Positions 7,917 through 15,404 of a stretch of 52,613 nucleotides of DNA are shown piece by piece. The first letter of the stretch is position 1. The number at the start of each line of letters is the position of its first letter. Both the position numbers and the translations under genes were made by a program. The DNA is taken from assembly GCA_014859065.1 (NCBI GenBank), contig JACUUU010000001.1, positions 1-52,613 of the forward strand. Reading direction: 5' to 3'. The notes under the pieces were generated by a model. That model was not told the DNA's origin and searched no databases. It saw only the letters and a program-made list of their open reading frames with translations. The stretch is from Anaerolineales bacterium. Its GTDB lineage: Bacteria; Chloroflexota; Anaerolineae; Anaerolineales; UBA4823.

Positions 7917-9761
7917 TTATGCCAACAAGCGCTGGTGCGTGGTGCGCATACAGGTGTCCATGATTACCTCCAAACCCGCTCGCCAGGCTAACTGGGCAGC
8001 TGCCTCGTTAATGATCCCTTCCTGCATCCATACGACCTTGGCATTAATCTGGATTGCTTGGTCAACGATTTCAGGGACGGCCTCACTCCGTCTGAAGATC
8101 AGGACGATATCGATAGGATCTGGAACAGCGGTTAAATCTGCATAAGCTGGCTCGGATAATAATTCCTTGAACTTAGGATTGACCGGGATGATACGGTATC
8201 CTTTAGATTGAAGGTAAGCAGGGACGCTGTGAGAAGGGCGTTCAGGGTGATCCGTTATCCCGACTACAGCGATGTTGTGACTGTCATTCAGGATTTGGCG
8301 AAGTTTCTCGTCGTTAGGCCTAAGATTATTCATAATGGGGCTCGGTCCTGCCCGTGCTTTTTCGAAGTTTACCGGCAAGATCACCTGGAAACAGGTAAAT
8401 CCTGGCTTGGAGAAAAGTTTGATATCACCTTTGTGTTTGTTGATGATGTTGTAGGTGATATTCAGACCCAGACCAGTACCTTTACCAACCGGTTTGGTGG
8501 TGAAAAATGGGCTGAACACCTTGGACTGGATGTCAGTTGGAATGCCTGGACCGTCATCTTCGATCTCTACAATTACCTCGTCACCATCTCTAGAGGTGCG
8601 GATTGTAATCTCACCTTTGCCATCCATGGCTTGGATTGAGTTATCGATAATGTTGGTCCAGACTTGATTTAGTTCACTGCCATAAGCTAGGATGGGTGGC
8701 ATGTCACTGGCGTATTGGCGCAGGACGTTGACGCCCTGTTTGAGTTTACTGCGCAGCATGACCAGCGTGTTATCCAGGCTTTCGTGCAGGTCGATTTCTT
8801 GGATGGGAGCCTGGTCGAGATAAGAGTAGGACATGAGGGATTTTACAATATCTGTAATTCTGGAGGCACCCTGGGAGATTTCCTCCAATAACGAATAGGT
8901 GTTGTAAATCTTTCCCAGCCATGAGACGATAACGGGCAGCTGTTGGGGGGAAAATTTCTCAGTCAGAAAATCTAACTGCTCATATTGGTAACCTAGGTTA
9001 ACAAGTGTTGGGGCGATTTCCCAGGCATCCTCGACACCTTTATTTTCCAACCACGCTTCTATCTCGGATTCGCGATCGCTGCGGTTAAGGGAGTTCAAGC
9101 TTTCAGGATTGCTCGAATGTTGCTTAGCGCGCTGATCCAACTCGGCGAGCGTATCCATCTGGCTTTGAGTCAGGTCCGCTTGGATCAGTCCGAGGTTTGC
9201 TTGCTGTAACTGCCCCAGGGATGCCTTTAATTGGTCAGCTCCGCGCTGTGTGGCAGAAGCCGGGTTATTGAGCTCGTGAGCGATCCCGGCAGTGAGTGAG
9301 CCTAACTGGGCCATTTTTTCACTGTCTCGCAAGAGCAATTCGGTGGTTTTCAAGCGGGCTGCTGTCGTGAATACCATAGCACGGGCTGCGGAGGGGCTGG
9401 TATCGAGTAGATGATTGAGATGATCGTGGCTGATGGCCAGCAGTTTGCTGTCGGTCAGCGCTCGGCCGCTGGCGTTGCGGGTAGATGTCTCTAACATAGA
9501 CATCTCTCCGATTACATCTCCCGGTTGGCGGACTGCAAGGTGCACCTTCTTACCGCCAGAGGTCTTGTAGATCTCGATTTGCCCTTCTTTGATTACATAA
9601 GCTTTGTCACCAGGACTGCCTTCAGTGAACAATTCCTCACCAGCATTGAGGTTTATCTCAGCGATCATCTCACTCAGACGCCTTAGATCGTCGTCAGGCA
9701 TACCAGCAAAAAACGGGATTTTTTTCAAGAATTCATACATTTTCAAGCCTGTGTGATCCAA
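7917..9761 (-). CDS. Sensor histidine kinase: cyclic-nucleotide-binding domain + HisKA/HATPase + C-terminal CoA-binding (YccU-like) domain
   Basis: cNMP-binding fold (FTEGSPGDKAYVIKEGQIEIYK...GDVIGEMS). H-box GIAHELNNPASA. ATPase N/G boxes (WTNIIDNSIQAM, DDGPGIP, GKGTGLGL). The C-terminal 125 aa (NIAVVGITDHPERPSHSVPAYLQSKGYRIIPVNP...VWMQEGIINEAAAQLAWRAGLEVIMDTC) aligns by eye with E. coli YccU-type CoA_binding_2 proteins. Confidence 0.9.
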   Translation of the reverse strand: MDHTGLKMYEFLKKIPFFAGMPDDDLRRLSEMIAEINLNAGEELFTEGSPGDKAYVIKEGQIEIYKTSGGKKVHLAVRQPGDVIGEMSMLETSTRNASGRALTDSKLLAISHDHLNHLLDTSPSAARAMVFTTAARLKTTELLLRDSEKMAQLGSLTAGIAHELNNPASATQRGADQLKASLGQLQQANLGLIQADLTQSQMDTLAELDQRAKQHSSNPESLNSLNRSDRESEIEAWLENKGVEDAWEIAPTLVNLGYQYEQLDFLTEKFSPQQLPVIVSWLGKIYNTYSLLEEISQGASRITDIVKSLMSYSYLDQAPIQEIDLHESLDNTLVMLRSKLKQGVNVLRQYASDMPPILAYGSELNQVWTNIIDNSIQAMDGKGEITIRTSRDGDEVIVEIEDDGPGIPTDIQSKVFSPFFTTKPVGKGTGLGLNITYNIINKHKGDIKLFSKPGFTCFQVILPVNFEKARAGPSPIMNNLRPNDEKLRQILNDSHNIAVVGITDHPERPSHSVPAYLQSKGYRIIPVNPKFKELLSEPAYADLTAVPDPIDIVLIFRRSEAVPEIVDQAIQINAKVVWMQEGIINEAAAQLAWRAGLEVIMDTCMRTTHQRLLA

Positions 9762-9779
9762 CCGCTAGACTGTCTTCAA

Positions 9780-11426
9780 TTATTGATGAATCAAAGCGAC
9801 TGCCATAGCACCTTCGCCAACCGCAGTGGCAACTCGTTTTATTGAGTGCTGGCGGACGTCGCCAGCCGCGAAGACGCCGGGGATGCTAGTCTCTAGAAAG
9901 AATGGGTCGCGTTTTAGAGTCCATCCCTTAGGACGTTTACCATCTTTGAGCAAATCCGTTCCGGTGATGATGAAACCTGTGCGGTTGCGTTCGACCAGGC
10001 CAGAAACGAGATCAGTAGGGGGCACTGCTCCAATGAAGATGAACAAGGCTGCTGCTGGATATTCCCGTATGGAGTTGCTGTCGATGTTCCGTAAATGGAT
10101 CTGTTCCAGGCGCCCATTGCCATTTACCTCTTCTACGACTGTGCGCGTCAGCACCTCAATATTGGGTGTGGAGGCGATCTGGTCTACCAGGTATTGCGAC
10201 ATACCCTTAGCAATAGAGCTGGCTCTGACTACTATGGTGACCTTGCGGGCGTAACGAGAAAAGTACATGGCTGCTTGACCGGCTGAGTTCGCCCCGCCTA
10301 CCACAAACACGTCTTGATCGCGGTAGTTAGCCGCTTCTGTCAACGCGGCACCATAGTAAACGCCGGCTCCGGTGAGGGTTGCAACCCCTGGTGCATCCAG
10401 GTGGCGAACATTGACACCGGTAGCCAGCAGGATTACGTGAGACGCCAGTTCGCTTCCATCGCTGAGTTGGACGTATCGGTATGGGTCTTCGATACGGATG
10501 CCAACAGCTTCCTCGGCAGTCAAGATCTCCACTCCGAAGCGTTTAGCTTGGGTGGTTGCCCGCCGGGCTAAGTCTGCCCCGCTCAACCCTTTTGGAAAAC
10601 CCAGATAATTCTCGATGCGAGAACTGGTGCCAGCTTGACCGCCAGTTGCCTCTTTTTCGATCATCACGGTACGCAACCCCTCGGAGCCTGCATAAACGGC
10701 AGCAGCCAACCCGGCTGGCCCAGCGCCGATGATGGTCAAGTCATAGAATGGCTGAGAGGCTTTATTGTAGAGGCCAGTTTTCTCAGCCAGGATACGGAGA
10801 TCCGGTTTTATCAATGCAGTCCCATCCTGGAAAAAGACAACCGGTATCTGGAATTTCTCCTCGCTGACACTTTCAACTAATTGGCGAGCTTCATGATCGC
10901 TATCGATATCGAGCCACAAGTATGGGATTTGGTTGCGCGCCAGGAAATCTTTCACGGTATGGCTGTGAGCAGACCAAAGGGTGCCTGCAACGCGGATGCC
11001 ATCGTAAGGCAGGGGGACGGTCGAAAGCCAATCGCTTAATAAATCCTCCAACACTGGGTAGAGGTTATCTTCTGGAGGTTCCCAGGGCTTCATTAGATAA
11101 TAGTCAAGTTCGATCTCGTTTATGCCCTTGATGGCTACTTCCGTGTCGGCATAAGCAGTCAGCAGGACTTTGCGAGCCTGAGGATAATATTTGACCGCTT
11201 CACTCAAGAATTGTATACCGGTCATGTTGGGCATACGTTGGTCTACCAAGAAAAGTGCCAACGGGGAATTACGCTGTTTGAGGCTTTTGACTGTTTCTAA
11301 AGCTTCGCTGCCCGAGGTTGATTTAACATAACGATAGTCGCTTTTGAAATGTTGACGAAGATCACGTTCGACTGCATTGAGCACCTGGGGCTCATCATCG
11401 ACCAGCATGATTACAGGTTTTGCCAT
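9780..11426 (-). CDS. Response-regulator receiver fused to a thioredoxin/glutaredoxin-like domain and a thioredoxin-reductase-like FAD/NAD(P) flavoprotein; contains no cysteine
   Basis: The REC domain is complete (MLVDDEP, FLVDQRMPNMTG, LLTAY, YLMKPW). The middle Trx-like fold has WSAHS where WCxxC is expected. The TrxR-like part has IIGAGPAGLAAA, VVGGANSAGQAA and GVFAAGDV, but YGAALTEA where CATCDG is expected. Confidence 0.9.
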   Translation of the reverse strand: MAKPVIMLVDDEPQVLNAVERDLRQHFKSDYRYVKSTSGSEALETVKSLKQRNSPLALFLVDQRMPNMTGIQFLSEAVKYYPQARKVLLTAYADTEVAIKGINEIELDYYLMKPWEPPEDNLYPVLEDLLSDWLSTVPLPYDGIRVAGTLWSAHSHTVKDFLARNQIPYLWLDIDSDHEARQLVESVSEEKFQIPVVFFQDGTALIKPDLRILAEKTGLYNKASQPFYDLTIIGAGPAGLAAAVYAGSEGLRTVMIEKEATGGQAGTSSRIENYLGFPKGLSGADLARRATTQAKRFGVEILTAEEAVGIRIEDPYRYVQLSDGSELASHVILLATGVNVRHLDAPGVATLTGAGVYYGAALTEAANYRDQDVFVVGGANSAGQAAMYFSRYARKVTIVVRASSIAKGMSQYLVDQIASTPNIEVLTRTVVEEVNGNGRLEQIHLRNIDSNSIREYPAAALFIFIGAVPPTDLVSGLVERNRTGFIITGTDLLKDGKRPKGWTLKRDPFFLETSIPGVFAAGDVRQHSIKRVATAVGEGAMAVALIHQ

Positions 11427-11834
11427 TTAATAAAACTCCTTCATTTTACTTTGCTGATTGCTCAATAATAATCTATATCCCCAGGCCTAAAGACATTTAG
11501 GTTGGGTGAAACTTGCGCTCAAAATGATGATTTATCGACTCAACTGTGCCTCGAGTGCTAATGCTGATTGGACATCCGCGCAATTCGTGGATGACATCCA
11601 TAACTAATCTTGAATGAATTTTATAAACCAATAAGGGTCTATAAAGTAGTAATTATATCACGAAGCTCTTTGAAGGAGGGAGATTAATTTGTATAATCTA
11701 TGAGTGTTGGTATAGGGATCCTTAACTTTGATTTCGAAATCTTGCTGTCAGTAGCTCTTTTATACCTTGCCTGAAGCCTTAATGATACAATATTACCCAC
11801 AAATATCCTAAACCATAAATCTGACTTGTCCACG

Positions 11835-13754
11835 ATGAAACTCACCAGCATCCGAGCAAGGATGGGCTTGCTATTTTTGGCTTTCACCCTTCTCGTAGCA
11901 ATATCAGCCGGAGCAACACTTTGGGGAGTTGAGGCTCAAAAGACTGACGCCCTGGTTGTAAACCTGGCGGGACGTCAGCGGATGTTGGTTCAGCAGATGA
12001 CCCGCCTGGCACGGGAGATTGAATCAGGTAGTGGAGATGGTCAGCGTTTGCTGCTGCTGGAGTCTGTTGAAACCTTTGAACAGACCCAGCAAGCTTTGCG
12101 GTTTGGAGGTCAAGCACCTTACATTCAAAGTCAAAGGGTATATCTTCCCCAAACCCGAGATTTAAATATACAGGATCAATTAGAACTTGTTTCTACTTTG
12201 TGGGTCGATTTTCGCCGCTCGATTGATCTCATCCTCTCTTCCACGCCAGAAAGCGCGACATATCTCAGTGCATTGCATAATATGGAGAGTTCTGCATCAA
12301 TGCTCGCTGCGGAAACGGATGTGGCTGTACGTATGTTTGAGTCAGCTTCAGCGCGGAAGTTGGTAAAAATTCGTTGGGTGCAAGCCGGCTTTCTAGTAAG
12401 TGCGCTATCACTGCTTGTGGTGGGATTTGTGATTACCCATCGATCTATAATAAAGCCGTTGAGAGGATTGGAGGAATCCACGAACCGCATTCGCAGTGGA
12501 GATTTAGATACACCGGTACGGGTTACCGGACCTGATGAAATAAATCTACTTGGGGGAAGTTTTGAATCTATGCGGGTTCAAATGAAAGAAGCTCGCCTTG
12601 AGCTGCAGAATTGGACCAATACACTGGAGAATCGGGTAGATCAACGAACTGAGGAATTAAATGCACTTTTCCAGGTTAGCCGAGAGATTTCATCCCGGCT
12701 GGAGATTGGGCATGTACTTGATTCGGTAACTACCAAGGCTGGAGAACTGCTCAAAGCGGAGGCGGCGTTTTTGTGTCTTCTGGACGAGGAGGGCAGTCAG
12801 TTAACTTTACATTCTGCCAGTGGCCCAAACGAATCTGTTCTGCAACCCAGGACATCAGCGAGGGAATCTGTAGCTGGAAAGGTGCTTGGCGGTTTGACAG
12901 CTTTACCGTGTGGAGTAGATGGTTGTTTTGGTGTGTGCAGCATCATGGCTGAGCCTCTTCAGGCGAGTCACTTGGCTGCACCTTTGCGGGTGCGTGACCG
13001 GGTGATTGGGGCACTATGTGTCGGCAGCTCCCAGACTGAAGCTTTCAATGATGAGTCAGCATTACTACTGGCGAGGTTAGCCAACTCAGCCGCAATTGCT
13101 TTGGAGAATGCCCGTCTGTATGCTGAAGCGGAACGGTTAGGTATTTTGGAAGAACGCCAGCGGATCGCAGCTGAGATGCATGATGGATTGGCTCAAACGA
13201 TAAGCTATTTGCACATCCATGTTGATTTGGCACGCGAGCAGGTCGAAAAAGGTCAATCAAAGTTGGCTATAGATACCCTGAACCAAGTCGAGTCTGTCAT
13301 GGGACAGGGTTTGGTAGAAATTCGGCGGGCTATTGATAGTTTACATGTGGAAACGCCCTTGCGTTTTACCTTGCAAGAACAACTATCAGAGATCGTTCAG
13401 GAATTTACTACTACAAACACAGGTGTATTCTGGCAAACAAATACTGTAACCCCTTTGGTCTTGTCTAATGAGCAAGGTGAACAGGTACAAAGGATTGTAC
13501 GTGAAGCTTTGACAAATGCGATTCGACATGCTGGAGCTCAACGGATCTCGGTGCGGTTAGAAAGTGTTAATGAGAAAATCCGGATTATTATTGATGATGA
13601 TGGTTGTGGTTTTGACCCAAATAAAATAACGTCAAGTGATGGGCAGCTTCACTTTGGCTTGAAGATCATGCGCGCACGTGCCAGTCGGGTAGGAATTCAG
13701 TTAAACATCATTTCCACTTTAGGTGAAGGTACACGAGTAATATTGACTTTATGA
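11835..13754 (+). CDS. NarX-like sensor histidine kinase (PilJ/NarX-type periplasmic sensor, HAMP, GAF, HisKA_3, HATPase)
   Basis: TM1 followed by a P-box-like LAGRQRMLVQQMTRLA, then TM2 and HAMP. GAF-like region. HisKA_3 H-box ERQRIAAEMHDGLAQT. ATPase boxes (REALTNAIRHA, DDDGCGF, GLKIMRARA). The ORF opens at TTG 11826; ATG 11835 is preferred. Confidence 0.85.
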   Translation: MKLTSIRARMGLLFLAFTLLVAISAGATLWGVEAQKTDALVVNLAGRQRMLVQQMTRLAREIESGSGDGQRLLLLESVETFEQTQQALRFGGQAPYIQSQRVYLPQTRDLNIQDQLELVSTLWVDFRRSIDLILSSTPESATYLSALHNMESSASMLAAETDVAVRMFESASARKLVKIRWVQAGFLVSALSLLVVGFVITHRSIIKPLRGLEESTNRIRSGDLDTPVRVTGPDEINLLGGSFESMRVQMKEARLELQNWTNTLENRVDQRTEELNALFQVSREISSRLEIGHVLDSVTTKAGELLKAEAAFLCLLDEEGSQLTLHSASGPNESVLQPRTSARESVAGKVLGGLTALPCGVDGCFGVCSIMAEPLQASHLAAPLRVRDRVIGALCVGSSQTEAFNDESALLLARLANSAAIALENARLYAEAERLGILEERQRIAAEMHDGLAQTISYLHIHVDLAREQVEKGQSKLAIDTLNQVESVMGQGLVEIRRAIDSLHVETPLRFTLQEQLSEIVQEFTTTNTGVFWQTNTVTPLVLSNEQGEQVQRIVREALTNAIRHAGAQRISVRLESVNEKIRIIIDDDGCGFDPNKITSSDGQLHFGLKIMRARASRVGIQLNIISTLGEGTRVILTL

Positions 13755-14410
13755 ACAAGATAACGATATTGCTTGCTGACGATCACAATCTTTTTCGAGA
13801 AGGTCTGGCTGGAATTCTTAATTCTCAACCTGATATGCAGGTTATCGGTCAAGCAAACGATGGTTTGGAAGCCATTCTAATGGCTGAGGATCTGAAGCCT
13901 GACCTGGTATTGATGGATATACAGATGCCTGGTTGCGATGGTTTGGAGGCAACTCGTAAGATCAAGAACGAAATTCCTAAGACAGTGGTAGTGATGCTGA
14001 CTGTGCGAGATGAGGATGAGAAGCTATTTGAGGCGATCAAGTTTGGCGCTCAGGGTTACTTATTGAAGAGTATCCGTTCAAGGGAGATGTTAGATATGGT
14101 GCGAGGTGCGATGCGAGGAGAGGCTGCCATATCACCCAGATTAGCGAGCCGGATGCTAGATGAATTTCGCCGCATGAGCAGAATATTGCCTGCCCAATCC
14201 GATGATGATATCGTTGATCTAACCCTACGTGAGCAGGAGGTTCTCGCTCTCGCAGCTTCTGGAGCCGCGGACAAAGAGATTGCCAGCAGTTTGAATATCA
14301 GCCTGGCAACAGTTAAGACTCATATGCGTAATATTCTAGCTAAACTTCAGGTCAACAGTCGCCGCGAGGCAGCTAGGGAAGCAAAGCGGAGAGGTTTGTT
14401 GGGATTCTAA
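13751..14410 (+). CDS. NarL/FixJ-family response regulator (REC + LuxR-type HTH)
   Basis: ILLADDH, DLVLMDIQMPGCDG, GAQGYLLKS. C-terminal LTLREQEVLALAASGAADKEIASSLNISLATVKTHMRNILAKL. The start ATG overlaps the kinase stop (ATGA). Confidence 0.9.
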   Translation: MNKITILLADDHNLFREGLAGILNSQPDMQVIGQANDGLEAILMAEDLKPDLVLMDIQMPGCDGLEATRKIKNEIPKTVVVMLTVRDEDEKLFEAIKFGAQGYLLKSIRSREMLDMVRGAMRGEAAISPRLASRMLDEFRRMSRILPAQSDDDIVDLTLREQEVLALAASGAADKEIASSLNISLATVKTHMRNILAKLQVNSRREAAREAKRRGLLGF

Positions 14411-14476
14411 TACCAATTTAAATAGTTTGGTGATAGAATAATAATAACTGTCAATCAGATTTGCGTGTGTAGCTTT

Positions 14477-14513
14477 GCCGCTGGTCTGCTGGATAAGGCC
14501 AGCGGAAATTTTT
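14477..14513 (+). terminator. Possible intrinsic terminator after the NarL-like gene
   Basis: CCGCTGG (14478-14484) pairs with CCAGCGG (14499-14505), followed by AAATTTTT. Confidence 0.4.
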
Positions 14514-14551
14514 CACCACGGATCTACCACTTATTTAGGAGAAAAAGAAGA

Positions 14552-14890
14552 ATGGAAAAGAAATTGTATGTTGGGAATCTGTCTTACAACACCACTGAGG
14601 CAGAGTTACGTGATTTATTCAGTCAGGCTGGCGAGGTGGCATCCGTGGAGCTGATCAAAGATCGAGAAACGGGTAGGTCAAAAGGTTTTGCGTTCGTTGA
14701 AATGAGCAGTCAGAGTGAGGCTGAAAAAGCGATCAGCACATTTAACAGCTATAACCTGGATGATCGTGTAATAAAGGTCAATTTAGCAAGACCTCGGGAG
14801 GAGCGACCTCGAGGGGGGGGTTGGTACAAAGATTCCTCATCTAGAAGGTCTTCGAACCGCGGACGGCGCGATAGAGATCGTCGAAACTAA
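14552..14890 (+). CDS. RRM-type RNA-binding protein with an Arg/Gly/Ser-rich tail
   Basis: RNP-2 KLYVGNL and RNP-1 KGFAFVEM. AGGAG at 14538-14542 precedes ATG 14552. The upstream part of the ORF (from 14465) has no RBS and no homology signal. Confidence 0.9.
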   Translation: MEKKLYVGNLSYNTTEAELRDLFSQAGEVASVELIKDRETGRSKGFAFVEMSSQSEAEKAISTFNSYNLDDRVIKVNLARPREERPRGGGWYKDSSSRRSSNRGRRDRDRRN

Positions 14891-14898
14891 TCCTTTGA

Positions 14899-14931
14899 TA
14901 AAAAACCCGCCATACTAGGTGGGTTTTTTCA
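14899..14931 (+). terminator. Rho-independent terminator after the RRM gene
   Basis: AAAAAACCCGCC-ATACTA-GGTGGGTTTTTT: a GC-rich stem (one G-U pair) followed by a T-run. Confidence 0.7.
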
Positions 14932-14953
14932 AAATAAATATCGTTCTTTTTTC

Positions 14954-14978
14954 ATCCCTCTTTGATATCAAGAGGGAT
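14954..14978. other. Perfect 9-bp inverted repeat (ATCCCTCTT-N7-AAGAGGGAT) upstream of the pseudo-receiver gene; second terminator or operator
   Basis: The arms are 14954-14962 and 14970-14978, centred on GATATC, 35 nt upstream of ATG 15013. Confidence 0.5.
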
Positions 14979-15012
14979 TACTTTTGGTTGGGAAAGTTGT
15001 TAATATCATTTT

Positions 15013-15390
15013 ATGGAGGAAGTCAGACGTTATCAACGGGTGCTTCTGCTATGTGATCTCCAACTTTTAGGTGAATCCTTAGAACACCTGATGAGTAGTA
15101 TTGCTGAGATAGAAATTGTTGCTTCCTGGTTGATTTCTCAAACTGACCCGAAGAGGATCAAGGAACACGCACCCGATTTAGTGATTATCGCTGAAGGTGA
15201 TTCATCCACTGAGGAGACCAACCTTTTGGCTGCTGATATCTTGGGTTCATATCCTGATTTATCTGTAATACGGATTAAGCTCTCTCAAAACGTTTTTCAT
15301 ATTTACACCTCACAAGTGTTTGCAGCCGATCATTCCCATTTAATCGAGGCTATAAGGCGAATGTGCCTGCGAACAAACAAGATTGTCTGA
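15013..15390 (+). CDS. Small receiver-like (pseudo-receiver) protein, function unknown
   Basis: The alternating beta/alpha pattern resembles CheY (RVLLLCD ... EIVASW ... DLVIIAEGD ... LSVIRIK), but the acidic pocket and phospho-acceptor Asp context are not canonical. It ends 14 nt before the molybdoenzyme alpha gene. Confidence 0.5.
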   Translation: MEEVRRYQRVLLLCDLQLLGESLEHLMSSIAEIEIVASWLISQTDPKRIKEHAPDLVIIAEGDSSTEETNLLAADILGSYPDLSVIRIKLSQNVFHIYTSQVFAADHSHLIEAIRRMCLRTNKIV

Positions 15391-15404
15391 TAAGGAGTTT
15401 GCCT

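Noticed and set aside
14465-14551. N-terminal extension of the RRM protein ORF
   Set aside because: The extension covers the upstream hairpin/terminator. A good AGGAG RBS precedes the internal ATG at 14552, and RRM proteins of this type start at M-x-KLYVGNL.
15363-15404. Upstream start for the molybdoenzyme alpha subunit
   Set aside because: It would overlap the preceding gene and place 14 residues before the Tat signal. AAGGAG followed by ATG 15405 gives a canonical MSSMSRREFFK N-terminus.
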